Origin: Chlorobiaceae bacterium
GTDB taxonomy: Bacteria; Bacteroidota; Chlorobiia; Chlorobiales; Chlorobiaceae
Assembly (NCBI GenBank): GCA_013335405.1
Contig: JAAXVR010000008.1
Span: 13,663-77,662, forward strand
Reading direction: 5' to 3'
DNA length: 64,000 bases
Shown: positions 9,222 to 19,561 of the stretch, in pieces
How positions within the stretch are numbered: the stretch's first letter is position 1
Layout: each line of letters starts with the position of its first letter
Translations under genes and position numbers: made by a program
The notes under the pieces: model-generated
The model's database searches: none
What the model was told of the DNA's origin: nothing
The model's input: only the letters and a program-made list of their open reading frames with translations

Positions 9222-12167
9222 ATGCCGATGTTTTTTCAGGCACTCATGCGTTGTCGCAGATTGGCTGTTTTTGCAGGATTATTTCTTCTTCTCATGGCGT
9301 CTGGTGCCAAGGCACTTGCCGGAAGCGCCCGTTATCCGTTCACCACGGTGCAGGGGGATTCTCTGCATACCCGAATCTACCGTCTTCATAACGGGTTGAC
9401 GGTCTACATGAGTCCGAACCGGGGTGTTCCGAGGATTTATACATCGATCGCAGTACTTGCCGGAAGCAAGTTCGATCCTCCGGAAACGACAGGCCTTTCA
9501 CACTATTTCGAACACATGCTTTTCAAAGGGACGGATTCCCTTGGTACGCTCGACTATGCGAAAGAACGTGTCGAACTCCAGAAGATTTCCGATCTGTTCG
9601 AAACATACCGATCGACGGAAAATCCTGCTCAAAGGAAGAAGATCTATTCCCGAATAGACAGTATTTCCAGTTATGCGGCACGTTTCGCCATTCCGAATGA
9701 GTACGATAACATCATGAATCATATCGGTGCCCGCGATACAAATGCCTATACAACGGAGGAAGAGACGGTGTTTATCAACGATATCCCGTCGAACAGGCTC
9801 GGTCAGTGGATGACCATGGAGGCAGAGAGGTTCCGCAATCCGGTGATGCGACTTTTCCATACGGAACTCGAAGCTGTCTATGAAGAAAAAAACAAGAACA
9901 TGGACAGTGACGGCAACAAACTCTGGGAAACACTGCTGGGCGGTCTTTTCAGGAAGCATCCCTATGGTACGCAGACGATCATCGGCAAGGCTGCGCACCT
10001 GAAAAATCCTTCAATCAGGAATGTTGTCGATTATTACCGTACCTATTATGTTCCCAACAACATGGCGCTCTGCCTGGCAGGGGATTTTGATCCGGACGAA
10101 GCAATACGGTTGATCGAGAGCAGATTTTCAAAGCTTGTGCCGAAGGATGTTCCGGTTTTTCATCCTTCGATAGAAAAACCGATTGCAACTCCTGTCGTGA
10201 ACATTGTCACGGGCCCGGAAGCAGAGGAAATCGTACTCGGATTCCGGTTCCGGGGTGCCGGCTCTCCTGATGCCGACATGCTGCTCCTTATCGACAGGAT
10301 CCTCTACAACAGGACAGCAGGTCTCATCGATCTCAACCTCAACCAGGCCCAGAAGGTGCGTGAAGCAGGATCAATGCTGCTTTTGATGAAGGACTATTCA
10401 GTGCATGTCCTCAGCGCGAAGCCCAGGAAGGGGCAGCGCCTCGAAGAATTGAAGGGTCTTCTTCTGGGTCAGACAGAGCTCATACGAAAAGGCCGTTTCC
10501 CGGACTGGCTGATAGATGCCGCCATTACCGACATCAAGCTCGAGGAGATGAAACAGTACGAAACCAACCAGGGCAGGATCGAAGCCTATGTTGAAAACTT
10601 CCGATGGGGCGTTGGTTGGGATCGGCATGTCGGCCTGATCGATCGTCTCGGGAAAATCACGAAACAGGAGATCGTGGAATTTGCCCGCAGGCATTATGGA
10701 CGGAATTATGTCGCGGTCTATAAAAAAAATGGTGTCCGGGAAAGCGAGCCGAAACTACCGAAACCTCCCATCACCCCCCTGAGGGTGAACAGGGACACCT
10801 CATCCGTTTTCGGCGAAAGGGTGCTTGCCGAGAACGTGAGCCCGATCCGCCCTGTATTCGCCGATTACAGGAAAGAGATAACATTCCTCGATATCAATCC
10901 TTCGGTAACGCTGCATTATCTCCGGAACCGGGAGGACGAGCTGTTTTCGCTTTATTATGTCTTCGATGTCGGAACAAAGCACAACCGCAAGCTGGAGACG
11001 GCTCTCGACTACCTCTCCTATCTCGGGACGTCGAAGTTGACTCCGGATGCCTTCAAGCAGGAACTCTTCAGACTCGGGGTCAGTCTGACGGCTTCAGCGA
11101 CCGAAAATTATGTCTATCTGGCGCTGACCGGACTCGGAAAAAATGAAACTGCCGCAGTGAAGATGCTCGAGGAGCTTTTTCAGGATGCCAGGCCGGACGA
11201 AGGGGTACTCTGCAAGCTCAAGGCCGATATCCTGAAAAACCGAATGGACGACAAGCGTTCGAAACGGAAAATCCTTTTCGAGGCTATGCTGAATTATGGT
11301 AAGTACGGCCCGAAGTCCCCGTTCACCAATGTTCTTGCAAACGCTGAACTTGAAAAGATCACCTCGAAAGAGCTGCTCGAAGAAGTGCGTACTCTTCTTC
11401 AGTATCGCCACCATGTCCTTTATTACGGGCCCTCTTCTTCAGCCGTTGTGCTCGACGGGATGCGGACGCTGCGCCGCTATCCGGCATCGTTCATCGCGCC
11501 CCCGGTCACTGAGCCATTCATTGAACTGGATCAGCCGGAAAACCTGGTTTATCTCGTCGATTATGATATGAATCAGGCGGAAATACTCATGCTGACCCGT
11601 GATGTGGTTTACAGTCCGTCACTGGTGCCTGCCGTTACGCTTTTCAACGAGTATTTCGGTGGCGGCATGGCATCGGTGGTGTTCCAGGAGCTAAGGGAAT
11701 CGAAAGCGCTTGCCTATTCCGTGTTTTCGACCTACAGTACCCCTAAACTGAAAGGAAGGCATAATTATATTGTCAGTTATATCGGAACCCAGGCTGACAA
11801 GCTTCCCGAAGCCCTTGAAGGTTTTGGAGCCCTTATGAAACGTATGCCGGAGTCGTCCAGACTGTTTGAATCCTCAAGGCAGGCAATCCAGGGAAGACTC
11901 TCATCCGAACGGCTGGAAAAAACGGACCTGCTTTTCGATTATGAAACGATGACAAGGCTTGGAGTCAACCATGATATCAGGGAGGAGATTTACCGGGAAA
12001 CAGGGAAGATGTCCCTCCGGGATATCGCTGATTTCCACAGGAAACATATCATGGACCGCAGGCAGGTGATGCTGGTTCTCGGAAAAAAAAGCAGGCTCGA
12101 TCTGCAGGCGCTCGGCAAATATGGAAAGCTGATTCAGCTTGACCTCGGGGATCTCTACAATTATTGA
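9222..12167 (+). CDS. Large secreted M16 (insulinase/pitrilysin) family zinc peptidase
   Basis: HxxEH zinc motif in SHYFEHMLFKGT and a signal-like N-terminus (RRLAVFAGLFLLLMASGAKALA). The roughly 980-aa size suggests a duplicated M16 architecture. The upstream in-frame ATG at 9147 overlaps the kinase stop by 4 nt, so the start is uncertain. Confidence 0.8.
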   Translation: MPMFFQALMRCRRLAVFAGLFLLLMASGAKALAGSARYPFTTVQGDSLHTRIYRLHNGLTVYMSPNRGVPRIYTSIAVLAGSKFDPPETTGLSHYFEHMLFKGTDSLGTLDYAKERVELQKISDLFETYRSTENPAQRKKIYSRIDSISSYAARFAIPNEYDNIMNHIGARDTNAYTTEEETVFINDIPSNRLGQWMTMEAERFRNPVMRLFHTELEAVYEEKNKNMDSDGNKLWETLLGGLFRKHPYGTQTIIGKAAHLKNPSIRNVVDYYRTYYVPNNMALCLAGDFDPDEAIRLIESRFSKLVPKDVPVFHPSIEKPIATPVVNIVTGPEAEEIVLGFRFRGAGSPDADMLLLIDRILYNRTAGLIDLNLNQAQKVREAGSMLLLMKDYSVHVLSAKPRKGQRLEELKGLLLGQTELIRKGRFPDWLIDAAITDIKLEEMKQYETNQGRIEAYVENFRWGVGWDRHVGLIDRLGKITKQEIVEFARRHYGRNYVAVYKKNGVRESEPKLPKPPITPLRVNRDTSSVFGERVLAENVSPIRPVFADYRKEITFLDINPSVTLHYLRNREDELFSLYYVFDVGTKHNRKLETALDYLSYLGTSKLTPDAFKQELFRLGVSLTASATENYVYLALTGLGKNETAAVKMLEELFQDARPDEGVLCKLKADILKNRMDDKRSKRKILFEAMLNYGKYGPKSPFTNVLANAELEKITSKELLEEVRTLLQYRHHVLYYGPSSSAVVLDGMRTLRRYPASFIAPPVTEPFIELDQPENLVYLVDYDMNQAEILMLTRDVVYSPSLVPAVTLFNEYFGGGMASVVFQELRESKALAYSVFSTYSTPKLKGRHNYIVSYIGTQADKLPEALEGFGALMKRMPESSRLFESSRQAIQGRLSSERLEKTDLLFDYETMTRLGVNHDIREEIYRETGKMSLRDIADFHRKHIMDRRQVMLVLGKKSRLDLQALGKYGKLIQLDLGDLYNY

Positions 12168-12222
12168 CGGCTGACGTCTTCAGGTTCGCGAATCGTGTGA
12201 TGATTCATCCGGCCCTGAAAAA

Positions 12223-13962
12223 TCAGGCGTCATCGTTTTCCCGTCCGGGGTTTTCAGAGTGCTGCAGTTCCCACATGCGCCGATAGGTGCCGTTTTTTCG
12301 CATGAGCTCATCATGACTGCCCTGTTCCGAAATTTTCCCCTTTTCAAGCACGATAATCCGGTCATACCGCTCCATTGCCTTGAGGCGGTGCGTGATGGCA
12401 ATCAGTGTGTTTCCCCGGCAGATTGCGGCGAGAGTGCCTGTGACCTCTTTTTCCGTAATCGGGTCGAGGTTGGCCGTGGCTTCGTCGAGGATAACGATCG
12501 GTGCTTTCTGCAGGAGAACGCGGGCAATGGCGATGCGCTGACGTTCACCTCCGCTGAGCTTCATGCCGTGCTGTCCTGTCCATTCGTCGAGCCTGGATGT
12601 GAAGCAGCCGAGACCTGCGGCCGTCAGCGCATCTTTCAGTTCATCATCGCTTGCGTCTGGTTTTGCGAGGAGGAGGTTTTCACGGATCGTTTCGGCAAAA
12701 AGGTAGGTACGCTGGGAAACAAGGGCGATATTGCGCCTGATCTCTTCCGGATCAAACAGGCCGATATCTTTTCCGCCGATGCTCAACTGCCCGCAGGGGA
12801 GATTCCAGAAGCGCATCAGGAGCGATGTGACGGTCGATTTCCCCGCTCCGCTCGGGCCGACGATAGCGATATGTCTGCCGGGTTCCACCGTGAAAGAAAT
12901 CTTTTCGAGGCTCCGTATATGGTTGCCTGGATAGGTGAACGTGAGGTTTTCAGCTCTGATGATGTGGTTTTCCGGGAATGATGCCGGTTCTGGCGGAGCT
13001 GCGGTTTCGGGTTTCGCATCGAGGATTTCGAAAAGACGGTTGCCGGCACGTACATCGACTTCGAGATTTTTCATCGATGCCGGCAGTGAAAGGAAGGGCT
13101 CGAACGAAGCCATGACGGCGAAGGTGATCACCGTAAGGTAGATGCCGTTCGTCCCTGCCTTCGGGAGCGTGGGTACCAGGGCACAGAGGATAGCGATGAC
13201 TGCTGCGTTCATGAGCAATCCCGTCAGGGATTCATGCAGGCCGTCGATACATGCGTTCTTGTGCTGCAGGCGCAGCATCTTCGCTTCGTTGCACTGCATT
13301 TCGGCAAGATGGGCGGGAAGTTTTCCGTAAAGCTTCAGTTCCCCTATTCCCTGCAGAAAGTCGATTGCCAGAACCTGCTGGTCTGTTTTCAGATCCATGA
13401 TGCCTGATTGCGTGCCCTTTCCAAGGGTGATCACAATCAGGGGAATCGCGATACCCGCAAGAAGGTGGAAAAACAGGAGAAGCAGCGAAGCCTGCAGGGA
13501 ATACGTTCCGAGGAGGAGCCACATGAGGGTTGAAACAAGCAGGGCGGTAAACGGTGGAGCGAGCACCCTGGTGTAGATATTTTCAAGGCTCTGGATATCG
13601 TCGACCACCCTCTGGAGCAGGTCGCCGCTTTTGAAGTAGAGCAGGCGAGCGGGGGCGAGCGGTTCGATCGCATCGTAGAACCAGAGGCGGAGCTTTGCCA
13701 GTATTCGGAAAGTTGTGCTGTGCGAAACCACTCTTTCGGCATAGCGGAGCACCCCACGGGCGATACCGAAAACCCTCACGCCGATGATGCCCAGCTGCAG
13801 CGCCCCGAGGGGTGGCTGGAGAGAAGCTTTGGCGATGATATAGCCGGAAGTCACCAGGAGTCCTATACCGCTTCCTGTCGTTGCGAAACCGATGAGCGCC
13901 GCCAGGGCCATCCAGAGATAGTACGGCCGGACTATGGTTGTAAGACGAAGGAATGTTTTCAT
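12223..13962 (-). CDS. cydC: ABC transporter permease/ATPase, thiol reductant exporter CydC type
   Basis: Six-TM ABC exporter domain, Walker A GPSGAGKST, signature LSGGERQR and Walker B ILDEAT. It is the second gene of a pair with an ATGA start/stop overlap at 13959-13962. Confidence 0.75.
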   Translation of the reverse strand: MKTFLRLTTIVRPYYLWMALAALIGFATTGSGIGLLVTSGYIIAKASLQPPLGALQLGIIGVRVFGIARGVLRYAERVVSHSTTFRILAKLRLWFYDAIEPLAPARLLYFKSGDLLQRVVDDIQSLENIYTRVLAPPFTALLVSTLMWLLLGTYSLQASLLLLFFHLLAGIAIPLIVITLGKGTQSGIMDLKTDQQVLAIDFLQGIGELKLYGKLPAHLAEMQCNEAKMLRLQHKNACIDGLHESLTGLLMNAAVIAILCALVPTLPKAGTNGIYLTVITFAVMASFEPFLSLPASMKNLEVDVRAGNRLFEILDAKPETAAPPEPASFPENHIIRAENLTFTYPGNHIRSLEKISFTVEPGRHIAIVGPSGAGKSTVTSLLMRFWNLPCGQLSIGGKDIGLFDPEEIRRNIALVSQRTYLFAETIRENLLLAKPDASDDELKDALTAAGLGCFTSRLDEWTGQHGMKLSGGERQRIAIARVLLQKAPIVILDEATANLDPITEKEVTGTLAAICRGNTLIAITHRLKAMERYDRIIVLEKGKISEQGSHDELMRKNGTYRRMWELQHSENPGRENDDA

Positions 13963-15695
13963 GCGGCTGCCTCCTGCAGGAGGTGAAGAGCGTGGCGGTA
14001 AAAGCCGTCGGTACCGATGAGTTCTTCATGTGTTCCGCTTCCGGTGATTTTTCCGCCGCTGATCACGACGATCCGGTCAGCATTGCGGATTGTTTCGAGC
14101 CGGTGGGCGATGATGAGGGTGGTTCTCTCTTTTGTCAGCACTTTCATCGAGCTTCGCAGCAAGGCTTCAAGTTCGGGGTCGGTATGCGATGTGGGCTCGT
14201 CGAGTACGATGATCGGGGCGTTTTTCAGGAAGGCCCTTGCCAGCGCAACCCTCTGGGCTTCTCCTCCGCTGAGTCTCGATCCCTGTTCGCCTATGATGGT
14301 ATCCAGGCCCCTGGGAAGCGACTGGACAACGTCCGTCAGACCAGAGTCCTGCAATGCGTTCTGCAGCATCTGGTCAGAAGCCCCCGGCATTGCGATGAGA
14401 ATGTTCTCCCTCAGTGTCGCGTTGAACAGATGGGGGTGCTGCGGGACCCATGAAATCAGGTTGTGCCATGTTTCAGGGGCAATTTCGCCGATTGGCGTTC
14501 CCTTGTAGGTGATACATCCACCTGAAGGCTCGAGAAAACGAAGCAGCAGGTTGATCAGCGTACTTTTGCCTGCCCCGCTCGGTCCGATGAGGGCGGTGGT
14601 TCTGCCCTCGGGGATAGTGAAACTGACGCTGTCTGCTGCAGGAACAGTTGCTCCGGGATAGGCATAGGTGATTCCGGAAAACACAATGCCGCCTGTTTCA
14701 GGATTTTCCGCTCCCACAGACGGTCTGACCGGAGCGGCAGCGATTTCCTCTTCGAGAATGGCAAAAATCTCTTTCGACGCACTGACCCCTTCCATTCCGG
14801 CATGGAATTTCGTGCCAAGCTGCCTCAGTGGCAGATAGAAGTCAGGAGTGAGGATAAGGACGAAGAGGGCTTGCCGGAAAGAGAGCCTGTTTTCCATAAG
14901 GCGCGTGCCGATGCTGACGGCAATGATCGCCGTTCCGATCGTTCCGACCAGTTCGAGCGCAAGCGAAGAAAGGAAAGCGATTTTCAGCACTTTCATGGTC
15001 GCCTTCCTGAAATTTTCCCCGGTTTCCTCGATGCTTTTACGCTGCCTGGCGCTCTGTGCGAAAAGTTTCAGCGTTGTGAGGCCCTGGAGGATGTCGAGAA
15101 ACTGCCCACTCATCCTGCTCATGGATTTCCACTGCTTTTCAGTCACGGCGCTTGCCGATTTTCCGATCACGATCATGAAGAACGGTATGAGCGGAGCGGA
15201 AAGCAGCAATATCAGGGCAGACAGCCAGTCATCAGGAAGGATGGCGGCAACGATGAGCAGGGGAGTGAAAAGAGCGAGGAAAATTTGCGGTATGTAGCTG
15301 CTGAAATAAGGGTCCAGGGCTTCGACACCTTTCAGCATGGTTGCGCTTATGCGGCCGCTCGATATGGAACGGGCGTAAAGCGGTCCGAGGTCTGCAATCC
15401 TGGACACCAGCCGCCCGAAAAGCCTTTCCCTTATGACTATGCTGCCCTCGGCGGCCTTGACATGGGTTATCCAGTTGCAGAGCATCCGAAGCAGTGTGAC
15501 GAGTGCGAAATATCCAAGAAAGGGTACTATTCCTGCCATGCCGCTTCTTTCAATGAATGCGCCGCTGATGGCCCGACTGAGACAGTATGCCTGTGCAATC
15601 AGCAAAATCGAAGCCGCAGCGCCCGAAACAGCGGAAAAAATGAACGGCCGCTTCTCTTCCCTTATGAGACGGAAAAGGCGCCGGTCAATGTTCAT
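13959..15695 (-). CDS. cydD: ABC transporter permease/ATPase, CydD type
   Basis: Walker A GPSGAGKST, signature LSGGEAQR and Walker B VLDEPTS. It is first in the pair, as in cydDC operons. Confidence 0.75.
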   Translation of the reverse strand: MNIDRRLFRLIREEKRPFIFSAVSGAAASILLIAQAYCLSRAISGAFIERSGMAGIVPFLGYFALVTLLRMLCNWITHVKAAEGSIVIRERLFGRLVSRIADLGPLYARSISSGRISATMLKGVEALDPYFSSYIPQIFLALFTPLLIVAAILPDDWLSALILLLSAPLIPFFMIVIGKSASAVTEKQWKSMSRMSGQFLDILQGLTTLKLFAQSARQRKSIEETGENFRKATMKVLKIAFLSSLALELVGTIGTAIIAVSIGTRLMENRLSFRQALFVLILTPDFYLPLRQLGTKFHAGMEGVSASKEIFAILEEEIAAAPVRPSVGAENPETGGIVFSGITYAYPGATVPAADSVSFTIPEGRTTALIGPSGAGKSTLINLLLRFLEPSGGCITYKGTPIGEIAPETWHNLISWVPQHPHLFNATLRENILIAMPGASDQMLQNALQDSGLTDVVQSLPRGLDTIIGEQGSRLSGGEAQRVALARAFLKNAPIIVLDEPTSHTDPELEALLRSSMKVLTKERTTLIIAHRLETIRNADRIVVISGGKITGSGTHEELIGTDGFYRHALHLLQEAAA

Positions 15696-15867
15696 GGGTC
15701 ATGTGTTTGCAGATCATCGGAAACAGAAAGTTGTCAATTGTTGCAATATACTGTTCGCGAGCCATTCGCGGCTCTGTCCGGAATGGATATTTCATCCTGT
15801 GAGTTCCCGGTTCAGGAGAGGCAGGCGTTTTTCGGAAAGGGATGGGCGGAGATGAAGGCGCAGAGGC

Positions 15868-16218
15868 TCATATTGCCATTTCTTCAACGGTTTTCATGAA
15901 CAATGCCGCATTTTCCTCAAGAGAGGGCAGGTTGTTCTTCACTTCCTCCGTGTTATTCTCTTTTGCGGCAAGTTCCAGCCTGTAAGCAGCCCGGCTCATT
16001 CTTTCCGCTCCCACGCTTGCCGCTTCTCCCTTGATCAGATGTGCAAGTACAGATGCTTCCCGCGTATTTCCATCCGCGACGAGTCTTCCGAGCGTTTCGA
16101 GCTTGCCGGGCAGTTCTGCGAGAAATTCGTCCAGGATGGTTTTCACCAGCTCTCTGTCCTGCATCATCCGGTTCAGGAAATCCTCGAGGTTGAGTATTGC
16201 TTTCGGCTCGTTATTCAT
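15868..16218 (-). CDS. Stand-alone histidine phosphotransfer (Hpt) domain protein
   Basis: 116 aa, all-helical, with the phospho-accepting motif AHLIKGEAASVGA. Confidence 0.7.
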   Translation of the reverse strand: MNNEPKAILNLEDFLNRMMQDRELVKTILDEFLAELPGKLETLGRLVADGNTREASVLAHLIKGEAASVGAERMSRAAYRLELAAKENNTEEVKNNLPSLEENAALFMKTVEEMAI

Positions 16219-16273
16219 TGATGCATTGTAATGGGGTTTACAGAACGATAAACATCCGGATATGAGGAAGATA

Positions 16274-16951
16274 TCATTTCAAAGCCGAAAGAATAAACGT
16301 CAAACCGGTAAGGATCATGATAATGCTTGCAATTCTGTAAAGCCCTTTTCTCGACTTTTCACCGATACGGTGCATGGTTTTTCCCAGCAGGATCAGTGCA
16401 GGTGCAGTTCCGGCTCCGAACAAAAACATCATGAACGCACCGGTGAGGATTGCGGATATGCGGTTTTCCGCCTCCATGGATGCCCTGGCAGCTGCGAGAA
16501 GGGCAGTGTAGGAGAGGCCGCACGGCAGGAACCCGATGACGATACCCATCGGATAATAGGATCCGGCGGTCCCGGGGCTTTCGAAAATGCGCATGATCTT
16601 GCCGACTGCGGGAAGGACAGGGTTGCATGAGCCGATTCCTTTTTTCAGCGGTACCCATTCGCCGGCAGCCAGACCCATGAGGATAATGGCAAAGCCTGCA
16701 AAGGCAAGAACGGCTTTCTGCAGCGTTTCGATCGATGCGGCAAGAATGATGAAAGAGCCGGAGAGACCGGCAAATCCTCCCAGTATGGTATAGGTTGTAA
16801 CCCTGCCGAGGTTGAACAGGATGTGACGGATCCATCCCCCGGCCTGATCGCCAAGTGAAAATGCGGCCACGACGGGGCCGCACATGCCGATACAGTGTCC
16901 GAACCCTCCGGTGAGGCCGGTGAGCAGCATGGCAAGGGCAATGCTGCTCAT
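16274..16951 (-). CDS. DsbD_2 / TauE-SafE-like integral membrane protein
   Basis: 225 aa with about 6-7 hydrophobic segments and a GHCIGMCGP motif. It has a 4-nt overlap with the preceding ccoS. Confidence 0.6.
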   Translation of the reverse strand: MSSIALAMLLTGLTGGFGHCIGMCGPVVAAFSLGDQAGGWIRHILFNLGRVTTYTILGGFAGLSGSFIILAASIETLQKAVLAFAGFAIILMGLAAGEWVPLKKGIGSCNPVLPAVGKIMRIFESPGTAGSYYPMGIVIGFLPCGLSYTALLAAARASMEAENRISAILTGAFMMFLFGAGTAPALILLGKTMHRIGEKSRKGLYRIASIIMILTGLTFILSALK

Positions 16952-17124
16952 GGTGTGTTTTCTCGCTGCCGGATATCCGGCTTTTCATCGTCATCGTCAA
17001 GCATCCGGTATTTAGGCGCTTCCGGATCGTCGAACTGTCCGCTTTTCACTGCCCAGATGAACAGGAACCATGCCGCAGTACCGACGAAGAACCCTATGGC
17101 GATCAGGAAAAAAATGCTGTTCAT
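16948..17124 (-). CDS. ccoS: cbb3 oxidase maturation protein CcoS/FixS
   Basis: 58 aa starting at ATG 17124: MNSIFFLIAIGFFVGTAAWFLFIWAVKSGQFDDPEAPKYRMLDDDD, which is the typical CcoS sequence. The ORF-track N-terminal extension overlaps ccoI and is rejected. Confidence 0.8.
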   Translation of the reverse strand: MNSIFFLIAIGFFVGTAAWFLFIWAVKSGQFDDPEAPKYRMLDDDDEKPDIRQRENTP

Positions 17125-17134
17125 GACCGGTTCA

Positions 17135-19561
17135 TCAGAGGTTGCGCAATCGCAGGGAGTTGCTGACCACGAAGAGTGAACTTGCCGCCATGAAAAGAGC
17201 GGACATAATGGGATGGAGCAGTCCTGACATTGCAATGGGCAGTGCTATGAGATTATACGAAAATGCCCAGACAAGGTTCTGCCTGATGACGGAAAAACAT
17301 TTCCGGGAGCCATCGATAAGCGTATTGACGAGGGTGAGGTCGTTTTTCAGGATAGTCACATCGGCGCATTCGAGAGCTATCCCTGTCGCATTGCCGAGCG
17401 TCAGGCCCGTATCCGATTCCGTCAGAGCAGGAGCATCGTTGATACCGTCCCCGGCCATCAGGACGGATGCCCCGTTTTTTTTCATTTCTTTTATCACGTC
17501 GGCCTTGCCCTGAGGTGCGAGTTCGGCTTGTACATCGGTGATGCCGCACCTGGAGGCGATGTATGCCGCAACCCCCCGGTTGTCGCCGGTCAGGATGGAC
17601 AGATGGAGTTTTCTTTTACGAAGCCCTTCGATCATCCGGAGCGCTTCAGGACGCAGGTCGTCTATGAGTGCGATCAATCCGGCAGGTATGGCATTGCACG
17701 CTATTCTGACAACCGTTTTGCCCTGATTCTCGAGTTCCATGGCGCTTGTCTCCTGTTCCCGGCTGAAAAAGACTCCTTCGCTTTCCAGATAACTTTTTGA
17801 TCCCGCCATCCATGGAGTTTCCTCGATGAAGGCGGAGACTCCTTTTCCTGCGATCGCCCTGAATCGCTCCGTTTTCAGGAATTCGCCGTTCCATGAAGCT
17901 GCGATTGCCCGGCCGGCAGGGTGCTCCGAGAAGGCTTCGAGCGAAGCGGCACACACGGCAAGACCGCTGCAGGTCCCGAAATCGAGGAAATCGGTTATTG
18001 CCGGCGCACCCTCCGTAATCGTACCGGTCTTGTCGAGGACGATGTGCGTGGTTTTCGAGACGGTCTCGAAAATATCTCCTCCTTTGACCAGGATGCCTTT
18101 TTTCCCTGCCGCGGTCGTTCCCACAAGGATTGCGAGAGGGGTGGCAAGGCCGAGAGCGCAGGGGCAGGCGATGACCAGTACCGAAACGGCGTTCATCAGG
18201 GAAACGACGGTATTGCCGGATGTGACCTTCCACCAGATAAACGTTGCTGCGGCAAGGACGATGGTGGATGGAACGAAATATCCCGCAGTTCTGTCGGCGA
18301 TCCCCTGGATAGGCGCTTTTCGTGCCTGTGCATCCCTGACGGTCCTGATGATTCCGGCCAGGACGGTCTCGGCGGCATTACCCTCGACCCTGATTCTCAT
18401 CCGGCCATTGAGCGGATAGGTTCCGGCAAAAGCTTTGCTGCCGGGTGATTTCAGCACGGCAACCGATTCTCCGGTAAGCATGGATTCGTTCACTTCAGCT
18501 TCGCCCTCGATAACCGTACCGTCAAGGGGAACCCTTTCACCGGGGATGACTTCGATATGGTCCCCGATCTTTACATCAGCAACGGGCATCAGGAACCTTT
18601 CTCCGTCCGGTCCCAGCAGCAGTGCTTCATGCGGCTGCAGTTCAGCCAGTTCGTTTATGGCATTTCCGGCTTTGAGGCGGGATCCGGCTTCAAGAAACCT
18701 GCCAAGGAGAATGAAGGTGACGATCATCGCCGAGGTATCGAAATAGACCTCGCCCTGAAGGATGATCATGGCTATGCTGTAGAAGTAAGCCGAAAGGGAA
18801 CCGAGAGCGACAAGCAGGTCCATGTTGAGGGAGGCCTTCGTTATCGAACGCCAGGCGCCTGAAATGAAAGGAAAACCGGAATAGAAGACCACAGGTGTTG
18901 CCAGTGCCCAGGAAATCAGCTGGAACGCGAGTTTGTAGCGCTCTTCGATTCCCTGAAAAAAACCGGCATAGAGTGCGGCCGAAATCAGCATCAGCTGCAT
19001 GGAAAAGAAGGATGCTGTACCGAATCGAAGCAGCAGATCCTGTTTTTCTTTCAGGAGGAAAGCGGATGCACTGCCTGGCCGGCATGGATGGGGAAGGTAG
19101 CCCAGGGAGTTCACGGCATCGAGAATCGCAGCGAGATCGATTTTTTCAGGATACCATGAGATCGATGCTATGTGGGTGGCGTAATTGACCCTCGCCTGCA
19201 GTATGCCTTCGATTCCCGTCAGGTATTTTTCAACCAGCCAGATGCACGAGGAACAGCGAATGCCGGAAAGCAGGATATCGATCCGGTTTTCCTTTCCGGC
19301 ACAGGTTATGGTGTCAGCAAAAGCGGCGGTGCCGATGGTAACCGAAAACCGGGGGGCACCCGGTTCCCAATTGCATCGCTGCCGGTAGAATGCATCGAGA
19401 GAGCTGTTGTGGATTATTTCATAAATGCCGAGACAGCCATGGCAGCAGAAATATCTGGTTTCCCCCCTGATTTCTGCGGTGACTGCCGATTTCCGGTTGA
19501 TTTCCAGCAGACAGTGGTCGCACCTGACTCTTTGTTCCTGAGGGGCTTCAGTACTTGACAT
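17135..19561 (-). CDS. ccoI: Copper-translocating P1B-type ATPase CcoI/FixI
   Basis: DKTGTIT phosphorylation site, CPC metal site (IACPCALGLATP), GDGINDAP, and an N-terminal Cys-rich region (CDHC, CCHGC). Confidence 0.85.
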   Translation of the reverse strand: MSSTEAPQEQRVRCDHCLLEINRKSAVTAEIRGETRYFCCHGCLGIYEIIHNSSLDAFYRQRCNWEPGAPRFSVTIGTAAFADTITCAGKENRIDILLSGIRCSSCIWLVEKYLTGIEGILQARVNYATHIASISWYPEKIDLAAILDAVNSLGYLPHPCRPGSASAFLLKEKQDLLLRFGTASFFSMQLMLISAALYAGFFQGIEERYKLAFQLISWALATPVVFYSGFPFISGAWRSITKASLNMDLLVALGSLSAYFYSIAMIILQGEVYFDTSAMIVTFILLGRFLEAGSRLKAGNAINELAELQPHEALLLGPDGERFLMPVADVKIGDHIEVIPGERVPLDGTVIEGEAEVNESMLTGESVAVLKSPGSKAFAGTYPLNGRMRIRVEGNAAETVLAGIIRTVRDAQARKAPIQGIADRTAGYFVPSTIVLAAATFIWWKVTSGNTVVSLMNAVSVLVIACPCALGLATPLAILVGTTAAGKKGILVKGGDIFETVSKTTHIVLDKTGTITEGAPAITDFLDFGTCSGLAVCAASLEAFSEHPAGRAIAASWNGEFLKTERFRAIAGKGVSAFIEETPWMAGSKSYLESEGVFFSREQETSAMELENQGKTVVRIACNAIPAGLIALIDDLRPEALRMIEGLRKRKLHLSILTGDNRGVAAYIASRCGITDVQAELAPQGKADVIKEMKKNGASVLMAGDGINDAPALTESDTGLTLGNATGIALECADVTILKNDLTLVNTLIDGSRKCFSVIRQNLVWAFSYNLIALPIAMSGLLHPIMSALFMAASSLFVVSNSLRLRNL

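Noticed and set aside
15696-15867. 36-codon minus-strand ORF (MKYPFRTEPRMAREQYIATIDNFLFPMICKHMTHEH) overlapping the cydD start; considered as a CydX-like small subunit.
   Set aside because: It is not hydrophobic, whereas CydX-type peptides are single TM helices. It has a weak RBS, and cydAB is absent from the locus.
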